The notes beneath the pieces are model-generated. The model ran no database searches and was not told where the DNA came from. It was given only the letters and a program-made list of their open reading frames with translations. From Octopus sinensis (lineage: Eukaryota): DNA of 64,000 bases. The stretch lies in assembly GCF_006345805.1 (NCBI RefSeq), contig NC_043016.1, positions 31,806,001 to 31,870,000 on the forward strand, written 5' to 3'. Shown piece after piece: positions 13,225 to 25,745 of the stretch (position 1 is its first letter; each line of letters begins with the position of its first letter). A program made the position numbers and the translations under genes.

Positions 13225-15500
13225 TTACCATTTGGGAATGTTCCTTGGCACTATATATTTTGCTATTTGGGAATGTCCCCTGGTGCTATTTCCCTTCTCA
13301 TTTGGCATCCATTGATACTACTTCTGTTGCCATATATATATCCTCTGGGGTTATCTGTATTTCTTCCATTTAGAGATATCTTGACAGAGATACTCTAGTG
13401 CCATAAATATATTTCTTGCTAAAATATGCTGCTTATTTCTGGCCAGTTAGTATTGTTCCCTGGCTATACACATATTTCTCTTGCCATTTGGGGATGTCTC
13501 CTGGCACTCTTTATTTCTCTTGCCATTTGGGGCTATCTGTCCCCTGGTGCTAAAAAATAGCATTAAACCATAACTATACCTATTTCTCTTGCCATTTGGG
13601 TATAACCCCTGGCACTACTTATTTCTCTTGCTCATGTCTATTTCTTATCACTTTTCCTTCAGCTTGCCATTTTGGAACATCTGTTTCCTGGCACTATATT
13701 TGTGTGTATGTATTATACTTCTATCTATATCTGCTTCTTGTGCCATATGGGTATGACCCTTGACACTGTTTATTTCTCTTGCTACTTGGGTACATTTATA
13801 CCCTTGTGCTAATTATTTTTGCCCTTACTTGCATCTAATTTTCCTGCCATGGGGGTGTAACCCCTGCAACTACTTACTTCTCTTGCCATATGGGGATGTC
13901 CCCTGGCACTCACCCTTGCCATATGGGAATATCAGTTCCCTGGCCCTTTTTATTTTCTCTTACCTCTATTAAACTTACCATATGAAAACATCTAAACCCC
14001 TGGCATTATTTTATTTCTCTGATATCTATTTATCAATATTGCAATATAGGGATATCTGTCCCTTGGTACTGAATATTTCTCTTACCTCTATTTAACTGCC
14101 ATTTGGAGATATCTGTTCTTAAATGCTATTTTATTCTTCTCATCTCTACATTGCCATTTGGGACTAAGTTCCCTGGCATGTATTTCTCTTCTATCTATTT
14201 GATTTGCCATTTGGGAGATAGCTGTCCCCTGGCATCATATATATTTCTCTTTCTTCTATCTATTTGTCTCCATCTCCTGGCACTATATAGTTTCTCTTCC
14301 TTCGATTTATCTTGCTGTGTGAGGATATCTTCCTAAGTGCTATTATATTTTTTTTACCTCTTTTTCTTTGTCTTACTACTTGGGGATGTCTGTCCTCTGG
14401 TGCTATATATTTCTCTCAACTACTATCTATTTGTCTTACATTTAGAGATATCTGTCCTTAGATACTATTTTATTTCTCTTGCTATATGGAGATGTCCCCT
14501 GGCTTTCTTGCTTATCTATTTTTCTTTTTCTTGCCATACACATATAGTAAAATATGTTTTATATTTTACTATATATAATAAAATATTCTCTCATAGTGTT
14601 TTAAAACCCTACCTTGGGATTTATTATCAGGCCATATACCCAGATTTTGATTCAGTTGCCATTTTTTTCTTGGTAACATTTGAGGTCATTCCCTGGTAAT
14701 ATTTCCCATTGGGGATATTCCTAGTACAATACCTTTCTCATATTTTGTTCTATTACCGGTGGAGGTTGTCTCATTGTTTTTGTATTGCCATTTGGGGATA
14801 TCTCCCCTGGCAGTGTTTCTGTTATTTTGAAATTTAATGATGGTATTTATATTGCCATTTGGGAATATTCCCTGGCAATGTTTTTAGTTATGCCATTTGG
14901 GGATATCCCTGGCAAAATTACCAGTGGCTGCCTTTCTTATTGTCTTTTGGTAATGTATCCTAATCATTTTTCTTTTGCCAAATACAGATGTTCTGATGCA
15001 GCACTATATTTTTGCTGTTGCTATTTGGGGTATTCCCCTGGTACTTTTACTCATACTATTTTTCTCAATCACCCTATTCTTGCTTTCTGGATGTTCCCTA
15101 GTACATCCCGTTTCTGTTTCAATCTCTTCTGTTGCTATTTGGAGTTTGTCTCCTGGCAAATATAACTGCTTGTTTGCTTGGAAATGTTATTTATCAGAGA
15201 TCTTTTGCTATCACTTTGCTTTCTGCTGGTATATAAAAAAAAGATATCTTGGGATCAGTTATCATTCCTGAAATTTTCTTTCTCTTTTGGGTGTCAGTTC
15301 TCTGTTAAATACATTTCGAAACCTGAAATAGATTTCACGTTTTAATAACCTATCCTCTATGCTGCTTGATTTTCATGGCTCAAAAGTTATATCTGTAACA
15401 TCTGTCATAACCTTCTTTACCATAGTTTCTGTCAGGAATCCTATATCTTATCATCAGTTTGTTTCAGTGTGTTAGCTATTGCCATTTGGAGACTAGTTCC
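13225..15500 (+). repeat. Dispersed array of ~25 bulged-hairpin motifs, consensus TATTTCTC-TTGCCA-TWT-GGGGA(N2-8)TCCCC-TGGCAC
   Basis: Copies start near 13225, 13260, 13481, 13520, 13589, 13664, 13740, 13779, 13844, 13883, 13916, 13975, 14039, 14096, 14151, 14204, 14375, 14479, 14785, 14852, 14890, 15018, 15132, 15479. Confidence 0.9.
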
Positions 15501-16133
15501 ATTGATGTCTCTAATTTTGCAGCTGTGTCCTTCAGTTCCTTTGAAAGTTTCCTTTTCTGTTTTTGCTTTACTATGAATGATCTTGTAGCATCAAAGATTC
15601 CTTGTGGTTCTGCTGATTCTTCCCTTCCATATTTATGGGTTGACAATTCCATGTCATTTTTCTACTAATACTAATGAAAAGTAGTTCCTCTATCACTACC
15701 ATTCCCATTATTCCATTTTGGGGTATTTGTTTCTCTTTCAATTGCTATTGACACTGACAAGCCTTTGATTATGGCAGTTCACACAATTACCATGATGGAA
15801 CTTGCCTTTTGAGTGTATCTTGTCTACTAAAATTGTTCTTCTATCCCCCTTTGAAACATCAAACTTACAAATCTCTCTAAACAAAAACACCCATAGTGTT
15901 TTAGTTTTCATCAAAACGGAGATTTTTGGTGTTTTTCATCAATCTCCTTTGATATTAGAATTTAGCTGCTACTTCCATAAACTGAAATTATCAGGCTTAT
16001 TGGAAATCATATTCCCTGCTTCATTTTGTGCAGAAAATTTTCATTCCACATTAAGATTCAATCATCAAACAGAAGCATAATTTTCTTCGAAGCATCGGAA
16101 ATTCACTCAATCTCCTTTCTTATGAAAGAATTA

Positions 16134-16190
16134 AATAAAAAATAAAAACAGTTATCACAAAACTTCGTTTCACTTTCTTTTTGTGTTTAC
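16134..16190 (+). terminator. Candidate + strand polyadenylation site
   Basis: Tandem AATAAA (16134, 16141) followed by a U/GU-rich tract (tttctttttgtgttt). Confidence 0.35.
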
Positions 16191-16601
16191 ATTGTTATTT
16201 TCATCTTTCCTTTCAGAATTCATTTTAATGGGTTCTCTAGCTTTTGATTCAAAATTGGGAAGTAAAAAGCAAAAAAAAAAAAAACCACATTTCTGAAAGT
16301 ATTTTTCTTTGTACAGACAATTGAGAACAACCATTTGCTGAAAGTTGTGTTATTCATGGGTTTGAAAAGAGGATGTCTATTTTTAAGTAATACATATTTT
16401 CAGCTTTTTAGATTAAGTCCAAGAGACAAAGCATTATGTAAATGCAGATAAGTTGAAATCATAGCTTATTTCATTAGTTAAGCACATAACAAACAGTTAA
16501 ATCAGGGTATGACATTGACTTACTGCTCTTTGGAGATTACATGGAAAGGTTGCTTCTGAGGTTAAACGAATTAGTTTTCTGTATTTTTATTATTATTATA
16601 T

Positions 16602-16780
16602 AAGGCAGTGAGCTGGGAGAATTGTTAGCATGCTGGATGAAGTGCTTGGTGGTATTTTGCTGGTAGCTATGTTCTGACTTCAAATTATGTCAAGATCAGC
16701 CTTGCCTTTCATCTTTTCAGGGTCGATTACCAGTGAAGTACTAGGGTCCATGAAATTGGCCCTTGTGGCAAAATTTGAAA
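16602..16780 (+). mobile_element. SINE family B (Nin/Deu-like domain)
   Basis: ggcagtgagctgg head; ttgcctttcatcttttcagggtcgat core. Confidence 0.75.
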
Positions 16781-17569
16781 ATAGTATTTTTATAAGTTAT
16801 CCACTGTATTGGGACTAAATACTTCTACCACCATATTTTATAAGTACAAGTGCACCCAGTCCCCCCACCAAATACAGTGATGGGAATTAAAACTGAAGAA
16901 TGTTAGTAGTGATGCTTTGTTTTGCATGCCTCGGGTTCAATGCTAAAGTGACTGATTTTAAAGTTTTCGGTTTAAGAAATGTAATTAGACTAAATTATAT
17001 TACAAGTACATTGGAAAATCTAAATTTTCTTGTAGCCAAATAGTGAGATTATCTCCCCTACCAATCTTTGCATATCACACTGGTCGAGCGACTGTTAAAA
17101 ATAGCCTACGGTCTCACATAAGACATGCATTGGATGATGTAGTACTGTGTAAACTAGAAAAGGAAGGTGGCTAGAATACTTACGATTATGCCTGCTCTTT
17201 CAGTCGTCTAAATAGCTATTGTACTGGTTTGATTATCTCCCCTTAAAAGATATTTAAATAGCAAGTAGGCATTTTGTCTCTACATTATTGAGTTCAAATC
17301 TCATTAAGGTCAATTTCGCCTTTCAGTGTCAGTGATATAAATTCCAGTTAAGTACTGGGGTCAATCTATGCGACTAGCCCCCAAATTTCAGACCTTATTC
17401 ATATAGTAGAAAAGATTGTTACAGTCCATGTTAAGTTTGCTTTGTAGTTCTGGATCCAGTATCTTTGCATGGCACTATAACATCAGATTGATAAATAGTC
17501 TGGGAGTTAAGTTTAGTGAGATGGAAACTGCCAAAATTTCATTACAATATATCTTCTTTATTTAACATC

Positions 17570-17710
17570 TAGTCTTCTATCCTGGCATAGGGGTTGGATG
17601 TTCAACAGGATCAAACAGGCCATAGGACTGCATTCAGCTTTAAAGTCTGCTATGGCATGGGCTTTCTTTGGTTAGATCTATATCAACCACTTCACTGTAG
17701 GTGCTTTTAT
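17570..17710 (-). mobile_element. Decayed family C (RTE-tail) fragment
   Basis: gggttgga...accacttcactgtaggtgctttta. Confidence 0.5.
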
Positions 17711-18174
17711 TTGTAGTACTAGCAATGTTACAAAGTGATGTGCAACATAAGACATCAACTGAGTGATATAAAGTATTGAAGGATGTGAAAACATGAGAGG
17801 GTCGGGAAGAGGTGTCCTACTGAAAGGGTGAATAAATGGCTTCTCTGGCTGGAAAGAGAGACAAACAGAAAAGGTGCCCTAAGGTGAATATGGCAGTTAG
17901 AGGATTGAGGAACAGAAAATGTAGATGGTGGGTAGGTAGGTACCCTAGAGTGAAGGTAATTAGAGATAGGAGAACAGGGTAGCTGCAGTGAATATCAGTT
18001 TTGGGGAGGGAGAGTGGGATCAGAGAATGAGATGAGTACTGCTACAGTTAAAATAATTGTCAGAAGGTAAAAAAGATCCTGTATTCTGTAGGTGAGATCT
18101 CTGGCATTTAACATCAGAAAGCTTGTAATCAATTGTGATTTAACAAAATCACACATCTACTAGATATCTTAAAA

Positions 18175-18310
18175 AAGGGTAAAGATCCCCTTCGGTCATG
18201 AATGAACATGAGATTGCACCTATAAAGTTCCCCTCTGAGGCACAAGTCTAGGCAAGGTTGTTTATGGAAGACCAGCGGTCACCCATGCATACCAGCCTCC
18301 CCTCTCCATG
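18175..18310 (-). mobile_element. SINE 3' fragment (same family as 32855-33130)
   Basis: ttcggtcatgaatga...gaggcacaagt...ttatggaagaccag. Confidence 0.7.
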
Positions 18311-20389
18311 TCGCGACTCATTTCTATGGATGAGTGAAAAAGAGTACAATACACGATTTGGTAACGAGTCCTGCTGACTAAGTGAAAATAAATTATTAGC
18401 TTACAACCCTCCATTGCATGCCAATGAAGCATCTACAGACAAAAATGGAGTTTCAAAATTATAGATTTAGTACAATACTACAGGCAATTCAAGAATATCA
18501 AAATTGTAAAAATGACAAAAGTGCACAGCAATTTCATTTGTATAAAATTTATTATGGAAATGTTTATAAATATATTATTGCATGTAAGATACAAAATTGC
18601 AATACTTCTAACTGCTTACAAAATTGAAATTAATTTAGAAAAATATTACAAAAATAATCAGTTTGATAGCATTTTAGCAAATACAGAAAAATAATTGGGG
18701 AACTATAGATATCCCAATTGTCTTTATTTTCACTTTTAGACCATGTTCAAAACCAGAACTGAAGGTCATCTTGAGAACAGTTTGAAAATAGCTGATTAGA
18801 ACCCAGTGTCAGGGATTTAACATTTAAGCCTTTTCTTTTTAGTCTAAATTGAAGTCTTAATTAGTAAACACAGCCCAACCACTTAATTACATTAACAAGA
18901 TCACTCCCCAAAACTAATTCAACTAATTTCTGTAGATAAAAAAAAAAGAAGTGATAAAGGAGTGAATGACAATGAATTTTGAAAAATTATTTTAAAAACT
19001 GATTAAAGTTTTATGATTACTATAAAATTTTTTATCTTGCATACCAAGGTAACAATTGAGCAGTTTTTAACTTTATCTTCTAGCAAGAAAAATAATTGCT
19101 TTATTTTGTAAGTAAATGCTGAAGTGAACTGTTGTTTATTATGCAACAGAAACAAAATCTTAGAACAACTGATTTGATACTATAAAACTTTAAAAAGTAA
19201 GGCACAAATAAGAGGCTGGAATCCTCCAGATAAAAACTAAACTCTTAAATATTTTCAATATCAGTATGTTACAAGGATATGTTGAGACAAACTTAGTTTT
19301 TGTAAAAAATGAAGGCACTAATGTTTAGCAAATTGGTTCAGAAATGGCCAAGATTCTACATGATAATATTCAAGAAAGGAAGTTTTTGATAAATGCAAAC
19401 AATAGAGAATTCCTTGTTAAGAAACTATACTACTTGTTAATATGATAGAGACAAATTTAGTGTTATATTAAGAAAATTATGTGAAAACTAATAATAGAAA
19501 CTTTAATGCTGATTAATTTCATAATGGATTATAAACTTTTGTAAAATAGAAATTATGAGAGTAGAAAAGAAAGGCACATTTTTGGTTTATATGTAGTTAT
19601 TTACAGTTTATTAGGGGAAAAAATAGTTTTAACTCAACAACAGTAGATAATGTATTTGCCTAGTTTTGTGCTTCAACCAAAAAAAAAAAAAATACATATA
19701 ACTGCAAACATTTGTTTGGTACAAAAAAAAAAAAGCAATAAAATAAATTACTGAAAGAATCCAAGACATGCTATTTATATATGTTAGGTGATAAAACTTT
19801 AAAATCATTCATGTAGCCATTTAGCAAAGATGCCATAATCACAAAGATATGGTTATAAAGACAAAGACTCTTGGTAATTTAGAATAAAAAATAATGTATT
19901 ATGTAATACATTTCGGGTACTTTTTTTGGATACACATTTCATCACACAAAACTATAAATATTTGTATAGTATGTATATATATTTTTTAATATTTCACTTA
20001 GGCATAGCAATACTAATAATCTGCTGTTAGAACTCTATACAAATGCTTCAGAAAAGAGCATAATATGAGATTGAATAAGTGACAAGGGAGTAGAGATTAT
20101 GAAATGAAGTTCATTAGCTTACAGCTGTTTCTGCTATAATATGCAATGCAATCAGAGCTGAGCACTTGTCCTTATAGCTTGACTACAATGCACTGCAAGC
20201 TAATAAAATTTATTACATAATTTCTTGCTCCATTACCATTTTTCCATGTGTGTGTGTATATATATATATATATATGCAACAGTAATGAAATAGTTATGTA
20301 GTAACTACATAAACAGGGTTTATACTACTAAAAGTTGCCTCATTTGCTACAAAGTAGCTGGTAAGAATATTTCCTAGACTACAATATAT

Positions 20390-20850
20390 TAACAGTTTGG
20401 AGTCTCCTGGGAGTGCACAACAGACCTCCCAGATCAGCAAAACAAGCAGAAAGAGTGGCTAAAGGCCAGATGAACTCCATTCCAGTTCATCAAAACAGCT
20501 AATTTTCATTCAACTCACTAATATCATTTAGAAAAACCTGAGGGAAGCCAACTTCCAGTTCAAGGTTTGAGCCAGAGGTTTTGTAGGCAAATCAGTTCTC
20601 TGGTAAGAACAGGACCAAAGCCCTAAAGGAAATCTCAGAAGCTGCTGACAGGTGTTGAAGTTGGATCTGATTGAGCAGTAGGCGTATTTAACGTACGCTA
20701 AGGGAGGTAACTCGGAATGGGTTACAGTGGTTGTGTATAAATGGTAGAGTTAACTCTTGACGTTTTAACTAACATCGATATTTCTAAACTCAAGGAATAC
20801 AAGTTTGAAAGCAGTGGTAATGGAAAAGAGTTCCACCTAGATATTGTTTA
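20390..20850 (-). mobile_element. Highly decayed CR1/L2-like LINE 3' end
   Basis: Minus strand reads TISRWNSFP...SRVN, resembling CR1-type C-termini; many disruptions. Confidence 0.35.
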
Positions 20851-21299
20851 ATAAAAAAAAAAACAAACCCCAAACAAGTTTGAATGCTCTGATGTCCAAG
20901 TGGCTATAAAATATCAGCAGAAAGGCACCAAGGTGTCATGACCTAAAATGCAGCCTGGTCCCCTTAGAGTATAAGATATAAGAAATTAAGAGCTGAAACA
21001 CTTGTGTGAGGTGGGGTGGGCTGGGAGGGTATTTCTTCTCTGAAGGCCATCTGCTGTTCAATTCTTCCAAAAGTTTCTTATTGCTACATAAGGTAGAACC
21101 TAAAATACAACAGACATATTGTTGTGTGGTATAGAAGTTTTACTTTATGAAAGTAATTTGAACTCATTTTTACATTCAACACTGATTTCTTTCAATTTCC
21201 TCTGCAAGATTACTAAAGTAAGTAAAAGGCAAACAAAACAAAAGACCAGCATAATTGATTTGAAGGCAGATCCACAGCCGAATGAATAAAACCAGTAAA

Positions 21300-21475
21300 T
21301 GAATATATATATATGTAGTTGAAATTGATAGAAAAACAAAAGACGAAGACAGGAGTGTAAACAACAAGCAAGTCTATTAGTTTGATGGTCGGGAAAGTCT
21401 TTTACGTTTCGAGCCTATGCTCTTCAACAGAAAGGAATAAGAGAAAATAAACAGAGAGAGGATGAAAAATACTTA
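21300..21475 (-). mobile_element. Penelope-like pLTR fragment with hammerhead-like motif
   Basis: Minus strand ctttCTGTTGAAgagcataggctcGAAACGTAaaag. Confidence 0.6.
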
Positions 21476-21506
21476 TAGATTTAGTGGTCAAGCATGGCAA
21501 ATATAC

Positions 21507-21538
<32 letters not shown>

Positions 21539-21640
21539 TAAACTGTTGGTCAGATGTTTGTGGGTGGCGATCAACAGTGTCTGGAGCAATTGTACGAGTG
21601 AGTGAACAAACGAAAGAAGAGCAATCATGTATGTATATAG

Positions 21641-21682
<42 letters not shown>

Positions 21683-21939
21683 TTGTTGATAGTTTGCTAT
21701 ATAGATGTTAACAAAATTATTGCAATAATTGCACAGACACAGCTAGCATGATTAAAGAATTTTCTTCACAACCATATGATCCTCAGTTTGTTCCCACAGC
21801 ATACTGTATTAGGCAAGTGTTTCCAACCGAGGCCACAAACCTGCCAGTACCTTGTAAGAGTGGTCTTTTGGTAATTGGAACCTGTACAGTGGTCTGTTGT
21901 GTGTGTGCATGTATACAGATACATGTCTGTAGTGGTGGT

Positions 21940-22135
21940 GTATGGCTTAGGGGGTTAATCATAAAAATTATGGTTTCAATTATTGGATTGGGTGATGTGT
22001 TTGTGTTCTTGTGTCATTTCACATTGCTCCAGTCCACTCAACTGACAAAAGTGAGTAAATCCTACAATGGACTGGCGAGGTGGGATATACATGCTTTAGA
22101 ATTCAGCCCTATAAGTCTGTATGACTCAGAAAGGA
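21940..22135 (+). mobile_element. tRNA-head SINE with V/CORE-like domain (family E)
   Basis: tggcttagggggtta..., ttgctccagtccactcaactg..., atggactggcg. Confidence 0.65.
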
Positions 22136-22432
22136 ACATATATATATATATATATATATGTGTTTGTATGTGTGCGCATATCATCAAAGAATATATAAAC
22201 ATCAGCAAGGAATATTGAAGAAAAGAACATAGTCCTTCAACATACATCAAGCTGCTGACATTTCCATGTCACTTGCTCTTATTAGAGAAGCAGCATACCA
22301 TTGACTGCCCTGTTGGAAACAGTAAACTAATGACTAATGTTCCCAAATAGCAATCTAAAATAAATTGATTAAACTGTAGATATATATATCTATACATATA
22401 AACTTTATTAACAAAAAAATTCTTTTAAATAA

Positions 22433-22551
22433 AACAAGTAGAAAGATATATTTTTCAACATGTAAATACTGAACAGTATATATAAAGGATTTTATCCTTT
22501 ATATACACTGTTCAGTATTTATGTGTTGAAAAATATATCTTTCTACTCGTT
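22433..22551. repeat. Near-perfect 58-bp-arm hairpin, 3-nt loop
   Basis: 22438-22490 pairs with 22494-22546; four transition mismatches over the full 22433-22551 span. Confidence 0.95.
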
Positions 22552-23104
22552 CTACAATACATTTCAACACTTCAAAACACAAACTTATGTTTGTTTACAA
22601 ATGAAGTAATCTATTAAATAAGTTTACAATTCATAAATACATTTTGCATTATTGAAGACAAAGATGACTTTTTTTTCTATCTTGCCAGGGTAAGTAATCA
22701 AAGCTCTTTTTTATTCGTATTATTTTTAATTTATAACAATGGATAACGCAAAAACATTAAGTGATCCATCTCTTCTTGCAAATTCAAGAGAGACCCAAGG
22801 ATATAAACAAGTATGATCAGTTTAAAGGTGATTTGCATAAGATTTTCATGCCGAACAGGTTCAACCATGCAAATGTTTAGAATGAGGATTTTTCAGATCA
22901 CCTGTACCAATATAAAACTACAAATACGAAAAAACTCTTGAATTTGCCAGTGTTTCTTCAAACAAATTCTATCAAAAGCCTAAATGATATGAATACAAAA
23001 ATAAGAAAGTGAACCAATCACCATTAGAAGTTTCTGAGAAAATCATAAAAGACAAAAGAACCCATTGGAGAAAGAAATCAAATACACTGAATTTCTCAGT
23101 GTGT

Positions 23105-23250
23105 CACTTCATAACAATGTGGTGTTGGGTTCAGCCCTACTGCATGGCACATTGGGTAAGGGTCTTCATTGACAACCCCAGGTTGACCAATGCTTTGCAA
23201 GTGAAATTAGAAGCCCTTCTTGTGTGTGTGTGTGTGTGTGTGTGTGTATT
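23105..23250 (+). mobile_element. SINE family A, decayed 5' half
   Basis: gggttcagccctactgcatggcacattgggtaag then (TG)n. Confidence 0.65.
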
Positions 23251-23576
23251 GTGTGCATGTTTACACAGTGTGATTTGTTAATCAAGGAACAGATAATGGC
23301 GAACAATAGGAAAAGTACCTTGCTGCTAAATAATGCCCCAACAGTATGTACTCCACAAACCCATGCTAGCATAAAAAGATGGAAATAAAACAAACTGAAT
23401 CATCGTAAAGAAATAAGAATTCACTTCACAATTGAAAGTAATGTCAGCCAGTGACATTATTTTCAACTTCAGTTCTCTTAACTCAGAACTAGAAATACAC
23501 ACAGACAATACAAAGGTAGGATTTATGTACATCTCTGAAATATTGAAGGCTAATAGAAAACTTCACAACACTATAG

Positions 23577-23638
<62 letters not shown>

Positions 23639-23779
23639 TATATATATACACACTATATATTTCTATTATGGCCTCAGTAGATTTGTGAGTGGATCTGGGA
23701 GAGGGAAACTGAAAGATTGTTTGTGTCTTGTCTTGTCACTGCATGATTATTATAAATGAGTGTCACTGTTATACAAGTA

Positions 23780-23985
23780 GAGTTTCATTCATTTCCAGTA
23801 TTCTGTGCAAAACATGTCTGGCCATGGAGGTGGGGGAATATTACTTTATTTGGAAACAAGTGAGGGTTAGTGACAGGTTGAGCATCCAGTTGTTGAAAAA
23901 TCTGCCTCAATAAACTGTCTGAACCCATGCAGGCATGGAGAAGTGGAAGTTAAAAACGATGATAATAATGATGATGATGATGAAC
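23780..23985 (+). mobile_element. RTE-tail SINE variant with (GAT)n tail
   Basis: aacccatgcaggcatggagaagtggaagttaaaaacgatga; related copy at 49330-49545. Confidence 0.65.
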
Positions 23986-24055
23986 AATGACAAGCTGATT
24001 TGGCTAATTTTCCTTTCTTTTCTTTTTAAAGATAAACTGTGGAAAGAGTGAGATA

Positions 24056-24236
24056 TTAATTCTTTGTCTCTTTCAAAATGCTTGGTCCTGGTTGTGGAAG
24101 GGCTTTAGTTCTTGAGGCACTTGATGGACTTGTGCTGCTGCTTGCTGTTTGTGATACTTGAGCATAGCTGCCAGTTGATGGGAATTGCTGAGTTCCAGAT
24201 AAAGGATGTGACCAGGTAGTTGTCTGATTTATGTGA
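24056..24236 (-). CDS. STXBP4: STXBP4 terminal coding exon: WW second half (HINQTTTWSHP...ILKETKN*)
   Basis: Acceptor ccctttctcag; completes the WW domain; TAA at 24058-24056. Confidence 0.9.
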
Positions 24237-25709
24237 CTGAGAAAGGGATAGAAAAAAGAAATTAATCATCATATGAAAATAAGATATTTTATAATAGTAA
24301 ATTATTTTAAATTTTGCAGCACAGAGACAATTTTATATTAAAATCATTTCAGGAAGACATGGGACAAAGTAGTGAAGGACGACTTCAGAACACTGAACCT
24401 TTCAGACAAGATGACAAAGGACGAAGATAACTGGTGCCTTGCTGTACTCAAGAAAACCTGTACTCCATAACAGAAGTATTAAGTCTGCTCTCCTTGGTGA
24501 AGAGGATTGGTCTACAAGAGTCCTGTGCTGGTGCCATGTAAAAGCACTCATGTGATGTCATGTAGAAGCAGCCAGCACACTCTGTAAAGTGGTTGGTGTC
24601 AGAAAGAGCATCCAGCCTTAGAAACCATGCCAAATCAGACTGGAGCCTAGTGCAGCTCTCTGGCTTGCCAGCTCTGATCAAACTGTCCAACCCATGCCAC
24701 TATGGAAAATGGATGTTAAATTATTATGATAATGTTGCAAAACAAAAATATAAAAGCAAACTTGAACATTAATAATTGTTTTTTTTTTTTTTTGTGAAAT
24801 TGCTCAGTTTTATCTTAAATGTTCAGCTTACTTTCTAATGCATCTCTGCAGAAACAAGTAAAAAATAGACAATAAATGTAAAAATGCATCACAAGGCTAG
24901 GAATGATGTCCACAGGGCACATGCATGTCTGTGTTACACTTCATCTATGAACATTGAATAAACTGCTACAAAGAATTAACTGTTTTTATATTTAAATGGC
25001 AAATAGTGTATGTGTATGTGTGTGTATATATATATAAATATATAAGATAATTATCAGTGTTTAATGTCTGTTTTCCATGCTGGCATGGGTTGGATGGTTT
25101 GAGATCTGGAGAGCCAGTGGCTGTACCAGGCTCCAATCTAATATGGCAGTGTTTCTACAGCTGGATGCCCTTCCTAATGCCAACCACTCTAAGAGTGTAG
25201 AAGGTGCTTTTTACATGCCACCGGCACAGGGGCCAGTAAGGGAGTACTGGTATTGGCCACATTTCAGATGGTGCTTTTTACATGCCACTGGCACAGGAGC
25301 CAGTCAGGCAGACCTGGCATCGACCGACATACATACATACACACACACAAGCACACACGTATGCGTGTGTATGTATGTCTGTGTTTTTGCCCCCCACCAG
25401 TGTCTGACAACCAGCGTTGGTGTGTTTATGTCCCCATAACTTAGTAGTTTGGCAAAATAGACTGATAGAATAAGTACCAAGATTGTTTGGCAAAAGCTGA
25501 ACACTCGTATGTCATCTTTGATGGGAGGGTCCATCATTTATAAATGAAATTGCAGCAATAAACAAAAAATTATTGCGAGCATTATTGATGCTGGTGATGA
25601 AGATGATGCTGAAGATGCTGGTGATGCTGAAGATGCTGGTGATGAAGATGATGAAGAAGATGATGGCGATGAAGATGATGGCGATGATGTTGAAGACGAT
25701 GAAGATGAA

Positions 25710-25745
<36 letters not shown>

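Noticed and set aside
13225-15500. CRISPR array
   Set aside because: Repeats are degenerate, spacers are low-complexity and irregular, there are no cas genes, and the context is a spliced eukaryotic genome.
13126-16080. Many hydrophobic + strand ORFs across the array
   Set aside because: The T-rich strand yields few stops and F/L/I-rich text. The ORFs are short, in shifting frames, and resemble no family.
13100-16260. Decayed gene or stop-codon-reassigned ORF on the minus strand
   Set aside because: The K/E/N/Q-rich look follows from purine skew. The repeat unit reads DIPKW, FPNGN and SPMGN within one frame, spacings are not multiples of 3, and no frame is consistently preferred.
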